NCBI GenBank assembly: GCA_000175855.1
Contig: ACYB01000040.1
Coordinates: forward strand, 1 to 32,000
Length of the DNA: 32,000 bases
Origin: Raphidiopsis brookii D9
Lineage (GTDB): Bacteria; Cyanobacteriota; Cyanobacteriia; Cyanobacteriales; Nostocaceae
Direction: 5' to 3'
The translations under genes and the position numbers were made by a program. The notes under the pieces were generated by a model, which ran no database searches, was not told where the DNA came from, and saw nothing but the letters and a program-made list of their open reading frames with translations. Shown piece by piece: positions 27,545 to 32,000 of the stretch (position 1 is the stretch's first letter; each line of letters starts with the position of its first letter).

Positions 27545-29887
27545 ATGCTGTATACAATATTGCATAAAGTTTCACGATTACTCTTTTCGTTATTTTTTGT
27601 GTCATGGCTAGCTGTAACTAGTCCTGCTCTTGCGAGTACACCCAGTGTTCTACCAATTGAGCCACCCTCTTTTGAAGGTAAAATTGGTTTATCTTACAAA
27701 GATTCTAAACCAGACTTTCCTAAGCAAATTAGGGCTCCAGAAAAAGCTCCTAATGTATTACTAGTTCTGTTAGATGATGTAGGTTTTGGACAAGCCAGTA
27801 CCTTTGGTGGACCAATAGAAACTCCCAACTTGACTCGTTTAGCACAACAGGGACTGCAATACAACCACTTTCACACCACTGCTCTTTGCTCACCTACAAG
27901 AGCTGCTTTACTCACTGGAAGGAATCATCATGCTGTTGGGACAGGGGTAGTGTCCGAATTGGCTACGGGTTATCCTGGCTACACGACCATTTTACCTAAA
28001 AGTGCTGCCACCGTAGCCGAAATTCTGCGCCAGAATGGTTATAATACAGCAGCCTTCGGTAAGTGGCACAATACACCAGATTACGAAACCAGTGCTGCTG
28101 GACCTTTTGACCGTTGGCCAACAGGATTAGGATTTGAATACTTTTACGGCTTTTTAGGCGGCGATACTAACCAATGGAGTCCTGCTTTAGTAGAAAATAC
28201 CCAGCGAATTACACCACTTAGTAATCAATCTAACTATCATTTGACTCCGGATTTAGTTGACCATGCCATTAGCTGGATTCGTACTCAAAACTCCATAGGA
28301 CCAAATAAGCCCTTTTTTGCATATCTAGCCACTGGAGCCACCCATGCACCTCACCATGCGCCCCAGAATTGGATTGAAAAATATCGAAGCAAATTTGATC
28401 AAGGTTGGGATAAATTACGTCAAGAAACCTTTGCCCGTCAGCAACAACTGGGTGTAATTCCCCGGGATGCCCAACTTACTCCTCGTCCGAAGGAACTACC
28501 CGCCTGGGATTCCCTCACCCTAGAGGAGCAAAAAATCTATAGCCGGGAAATGGAAGTATTCGCCGGCTTTTTGTCTCACACAGATTATGAAGTGGGAAGA
28601 TTAATTAATGCCATTGATCAATTAGGAGAATTAGCTAATACATTAATTATTTATATTGTAGGTGATAACGGGGCTAGTGCTGAAGGTGGTCTAACTGGTA
28701 GTGTTAATGAATTGAAGGTATTCAATGGAATAAAGGAAACAAAAGAACAAATTTTAGAATCCTTAAATGATTTAGGCGGTCCTCAGACCTTTAATCATTA
28801 TCATGCAGCCTGGGCATGGGCCGGAAGTACCCCCTTTCAATGGACAAAGCAAATAGCATCTCACTTTGGTGGTACCCGCAATCCCTTGATAATTACTTGG
28901 GGTGAAAAAATTAAACAGCCAGGACTGCGCAGTCAATTCCACCATGTAATTGATATTACGCCTACTATTCTGGAAGCAGCGGGAATTACTTTACCCAGTA
29001 AGGTTAATGGTGTAAAACAACAAAAGATTGATGGCACGAGTTTGGTCTATACATTTAAGGATTCCCAAGTAGCTTCCCAACGGCAAACTCAGTATTTTGA
29101 AATATTTGGCAATCGAGCTATTTATGACCATGGTTGGATAGCAGCTGCTCGTCATCCCCGATTACCTTGGCAAGGTACAATTAAAGCTGATTTTGATCAA
29201 GATCAATGGGAACTATATAACATCGAAAAAGATTTTAGTGAAGCTAATAACCTAGCAGATACAAATCCCCAGAAGCTCCAAGAACTACAAAAATTATTCC
29301 TATCGGAAGCCAAGAAAAATAATGTTTTACCCCTAGATGATCGAATTTCTGAAAGGTTTGGCGTTCAAAATCGTCCCTCCCTAGCTGCAGGGCGTGCAAG
29401 ATTCACCTATTATAGTGATGTTAGCATTCCCGAAGGTAGTGCGCCTAACATTAAAAATCGGTCATTCAGTATTATTGCTGAAATAGACACGTCAGAAAAC
29501 GGTGCATCAGGCGTTCTATTGTCACAAGGTGGAAGATTTGCCGGTTGGGGGTTGATTGTGGATGATAGTAAACCAGCGTACGTATATAACTTGGCTAATA
29601 CGGAGCGATACATTATCCAATCTCCCGAAAAATTACCAGTGGGTAAATCCACTGTCCAATTTGAGTTTGATTATGACGGTGGTATAGGTGCTGGAGGGAC
29701 TGGGAAATTATTTGTCAACAATCAACAGGTAGCAGTAGGTCGAATAGCAAAAACCATACCCTATCGTATTGCTCTGGATGAAACTTTCGATGTTGGTCGA
29801 GATACAGGAACACCAATTATTGATAGCTATCAAGTTCCCTTTGCATTTACAGGTAACCTGAAAAAAATTACCTTGGATTTACGTTAA
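27545..29887 (+). CDS. exported arylsulfatase (type I, Cys-type)
   Basis: signal peptide ...WLAVTSPALA; VLLVLLDDVGFGQASTFGG; formylglycine motif TALCSPTRAALLTGRNHHAVG; GKWHNTP; VGDNGAS. Confidence 0.95.
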   Translation: MLYTILHKVSRLLFSLFFVSWLAVTSPALASTPSVLPIEPPSFEGKIGLSYKDSKPDFPKQIRAPEKAPNVLLVLLDDVGFGQASTFGGPIETPNLTRLAQQGLQYNHFHTTALCSPTRAALLTGRNHHAVGTGVVSELATGYPGYTTILPKSAATVAEILRQNGYNTAAFGKWHNTPDYETSAAGPFDRWPTGLGFEYFYGFLGGDTNQWSPALVENTQRITPLSNQSNYHLTPDLVDHAISWIRTQNSIGPNKPFFAYLATGATHAPHHAPQNWIEKYRSKFDQGWDKLRQETFARQQQLGVIPRDAQLTPRPKELPAWDSLTLEEQKIYSREMEVFAGFLSHTDYEVGRLINAIDQLGELANTLIIYIVGDNGASAEGGLTGSVNELKVFNGIKETKEQILESLNDLGGPQTFNHYHAAWAWAGSTPFQWTKQIASHFGGTRNPLIITWGEKIKQPGLRSQFHHVIDITPTILEAAGITLPSKVNGVKQQKIDGTSLVYTFKDSQVASQRQTQYFEIFGNRAIYDHGWIAAARHPRLPWQGTIKADFDQDQWELYNIEKDFSEANNLADTNPQKLQELQKLFLSEAKKNNVLPLDDRISERFGVQNRPSLAAGRARFTYYSDVSIPEGSAPNIKNRSFSIIAEIDTSENGASGVLLSQGGRFAGWGLIVDDSKPAYVYNLANTERYIIQSPEKLPVGKSTVQFEFDYDGGIGAGGTGKLFVNNQQVAVGRIAKTIPYRIALDETFDVGRDTGTPIIDSYQVPFAFTGNLKKITLDLR

Positions 29888-29973
29888 CAAAAACTTTGGG
29901 TAGACAATTCCTATGAATCAAATTACCTCCCTTCTTTTCCCCATATTCGATAAAAATTGCATTCCTATTATTT

Positions 29974-30891
29974 GTGGTTGCCACAATGTTTGGCACTGGA
30001 TTAAAACTAACTTTACAGGAAATTTGGCAACCATTAGCTAATACTCGTTTAGTGATATTTTCCTTGATCACAAATTTTTTGCTAGTTCCTGTTTTCGTGT
30101 ATTTGCTTTTGACTGTAATATCTGTAACCGAACCAGTAAAAGATGGTTTTATGATTATGGCATTAGCTTCTGGACCTCCAGCTCTACCAAAACTTGCAGA
30201 AATAGTCAAGGGTAATTTGGCCTTTGCTACTGGACTGATGATGCTATTAATGCTGGGTACGGTATTTTATCTGCCAATTACACTACCCTTCTTTATAGAA
30301 GGGGTGCAAATAACCCCTTGGGATATTGGTAAACCTTTGATATTTATGATGATTATCCCTTTAGTGATTGGGCTATCGATTAAATTAATTAAATTTGAAT
30401 CCGAAGATATAGTGATCAAACTGCAAGCAATTACTTTTCAAATATCTAACTTCGGGTTGCTATTAGGTTTGGGAGTGAGGTTGATAGTACATTTTGACGA
30501 AATTCTTCTTCTGTTGAAAACCGGTGTAATTTTTATCTGTGCTGTTTTTATTATCTTTTCCTTCAGTGTGGGTTATTTGTTAGGTGGACCAGGCGTTGAC
30601 ACTCAAAGAGTTTTAGGCGTAGGAACTGCTCAACGTAATTTTGCTGCAGCATTATTAATAGGTACAAGTAATTTTGATGATCCTAATGTTGTAAGTATCA
30701 TTATGGTGACAAGTTTATTAATGATGGTTTCTGTGCTGGTTCTAGGAAAAAATCTTACTGAACTGGAACCAGCTACCACGAAAAGAATTACAAATCTAAA
30801 GAGTTACAGATCTTTTGATTTCCACTTGTTGTACATTAATTCCATAAAATGTATTAGTAAATACATTATTTCCTTTTCCCCTACTGCGTGA
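29974..30891 (+). CDS. bile acid:sodium symporter (BASS)-like membrane transporter, N-terminus possibly disrupted
   Basis: multiple TM segments; GVGTAQRNFAAALLIGTSNFDDPNV typical of BASS-like families. Confidence 0.7.
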   Translation: MVATMFGTGLKLTLQEIWQPLANTRLVIFSLITNFLLVPVFVYLLLTVISVTEPVKDGFMIMALASGPPALPKLAEIVKGNLAFATGLMMLLMLGTVFYLPITLPFFIEGVQITPWDIGKPLIFMMIIPLVIGLSIKLIKFESEDIVIKLQAITFQISNFGLLLGLGVRLIVHFDEILLLLKTGVIFICAVFIIFSFSVGYLLGGPGVDTQRVLGVGTAQRNFAAALLIGTSNFDDPNVVSIIMVTSLLMMVSVLVLGKNLTELEPATTKRITNLKSYRSFDFHLLYINSIKCISKYIISFSPTA

Positions 30892-30919
30892 AAATCCCCA
30901 GTTGTTATTGGGGATTTTC
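30890..30919. terminator. GAAAATCCCCA-N8-TGGGGATTTTC hairpin at the 3' end of the transporter ORF
   Basis: perfect 11-bp arms 30890-30900 / 30909-30919; no canonical plus-strand U-tract directly after it. Confidence 0.5.
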
Positions 30920-31096
30920 AGTAAAAAAAATCTATTTTTCTGCACGAAAATACTTGCACTTTTATTTTTTTTATGGCACAATCTATAAAAGTACAGTAAA
31001 TCAGTAGATTTTATGTAGATTTTGTGTGAAGTTTGGGAGCAGCTAATCTGAACATTACCCAAGCGTAAGGAAAATTATCAATTAGGAGGTTTTGAC

Positions 31097-31903
31097 ATGG
31101 TGTCTCAGGTTAAGGGGATGAAATTAAACTTGGAGCGGTTAAGTAAGTCTTTTGGGACAAAGAAAGTATTGGAAAATGTGGATTTAGAAGTTCGTCCAGG
31201 AGAGTTCGTGGCAATTGTTGGTCGCAGTGGCTGCGGTAAAAGCACAATGTTGCGTTTAATTGCTGGATTGGAAGAAACTACTAATGGTAGTGTCCTTTTA
31301 AATAATAAGCATACAGAACAGCGAATTAATCCAAGTATTCGGATGATGTTTCAAGATGCCAGACTATTACCTTGGCAAAAAGTATTAACAAATGTTGAGT
31401 TGGGTTTATTGGGTTCTAACTCCCAGGTTTATGCAAAGCAAACTGCTTTACAAATATTGCGCGAGGTAGGACTAGAAGACAGATCTCATGAATGGCCATC
31501 AGTTTTGTCCGGTGGACAAAGACAAAGAGTGGCTTTAGCCAGAGCTTTAGCAAGTAAACCCTCCTTATTACTACTAGATGAGCCTTTGGGAGCGCTAGAT
31601 GCTTTAACGAGAATTGAAATGCAGCAATTAATAGAAAGATTATGGCAAGAACAGGGATTCACAGCACTCTTAATTACCCATGATGTAGAAGAGGCAGTAG
31701 TGTTAGCAGACCGTGTGGTTCTCATAGAAAATGGCAGCATTGTCCTGGACGAAAAAATTTCTTTACCCCGTCCGCGAGCCAGAGGTGATGCGGAATTTGC
31801 TAAGACCGTAGAGAAGATTCTAAACCGAGTTATGGGAGAACCAAAAATTCAGCGAGAGTTTGATTATGTTCTGACCACTGCCACTTCCTCGCTGCACAAT
31901 TAG
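31097..31903 (+). CDS. ssuB: ABC transporter ATP-binding protein, aliphatic sulfonate SsuB-type
   Basis: Walker [33 protein letters not shown], signature [39 protein letters not shown]; RBS AGGAGG upstream. Confidence 0.88.
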   Translation: MVSQVKGMKLNLERLSKSFGTKKVLENVDLEVRPGEFVAIVGRSGCGKSTMLRLIAGLEETTNGSVLLNNKHTEQRINPSIRMMFQDARLLPWQKVLTNVELGLLGSNSQVYAKQTALQILREVGLEDRSHEWPSVLSGGQRQRVALARALASKPSLLLLDEPLGALDALTRIEMQQLIERLWQEQGFTALLITHDVEEAVVLADRVVLIENGSIVLDEKISLPRPRARGDAEFAKTVEKILNRVMGEPKIQREFDYVLTTATSSLHN

Positions 31904-31906
31904 TTG

Positions 31907-31928
31907 TTAATTGAGTGTTAATTGAGTG
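31907..31928. repeat. two tandem copies of TTAATTGAGTG
   Basis: 31907-31917 and 31918-31928 identical by direct reading. Confidence 0.8.
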
Positions 31929-32000
31929 TTAAAAACACTAGTTTCTCATCTCACAAGTTATTTAATGACTGACTTAATTATGAAAAGCATCATGAACAGT

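Noticed and set aside
29868-30209. 113-aa minus-strand ORF over the sulfatase end and BASS-like gene start
   Set aside because: Antisense to membrane-protein coding; no supporting evidence.
31486-31740. 84-aa minus-strand ORF opposite ssuB
   Set aside because: Antisense shadow of ABC signature/Walker B region.
1-32000. CRISPR arrays, transposases, tRNA or rRNA genes
   Set aside because: No regularly spaced repeat array, DDE/HUH transposase ORF or recognisable structural RNA gene was found by eye; tRNAscan or Infernal would be needed to exclude small RNAs.

Overview
AT-rich cyanobacterial window, probably filamentous/Nostocales-like: ten HIP1 GCGATCGC sites, an SLH/OprB-type porin and a GUN4-domain gene. 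From about 2 to 32 kb it is almost entirely an organosulfur / sulfate-ester scavenging region. It holds three SsuA/NMT1-like binding proteins, two ABC ATPases (one SsuB-like), one SsuC-like permease, an AtsK/TauD-type dioxygenase, an acyl-CoA-dehydrogenase-like flavoprotein with a DUF4242-like partner, a COS-hydrolase/clade-D-type beta-carbonic anhydrase, an exported arylsulfatase with an apparently exported formylglycine-generating enzyme, an outer-membrane porin, GSTs, a nitroreductase, an aldo/keto reductase, a D-2-hydroxyacid dehydrogenase, a BASS-type transporter, and two separate fumarate-reductase/AprA-like flavoprotein + 2[4Fe-4S] ferredoxin (AprB-like) pairs. Main observations: (1) extreme loss of Met and Cys in several of these proteins (602-aa haloperoxidase homologue, 305-aa dioxygenase and 223-aa GST have none beyond the initiator Met; the 780-aa sulfatase has one internal Met and only its catalytic Cys); (2) the vanadium-haloperoxidase homologue keeps the vanadate-ligand region but appears to have lost the Ser/His of the SGH active-site motif; (3) the two AprAB-like redox modules suggest an undescribed sulfur-release or sulfite-handling route; (4) an AATACTTG motif and other repeats recur in promoter regions. 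All family calls are by motif recognition, with no database search.
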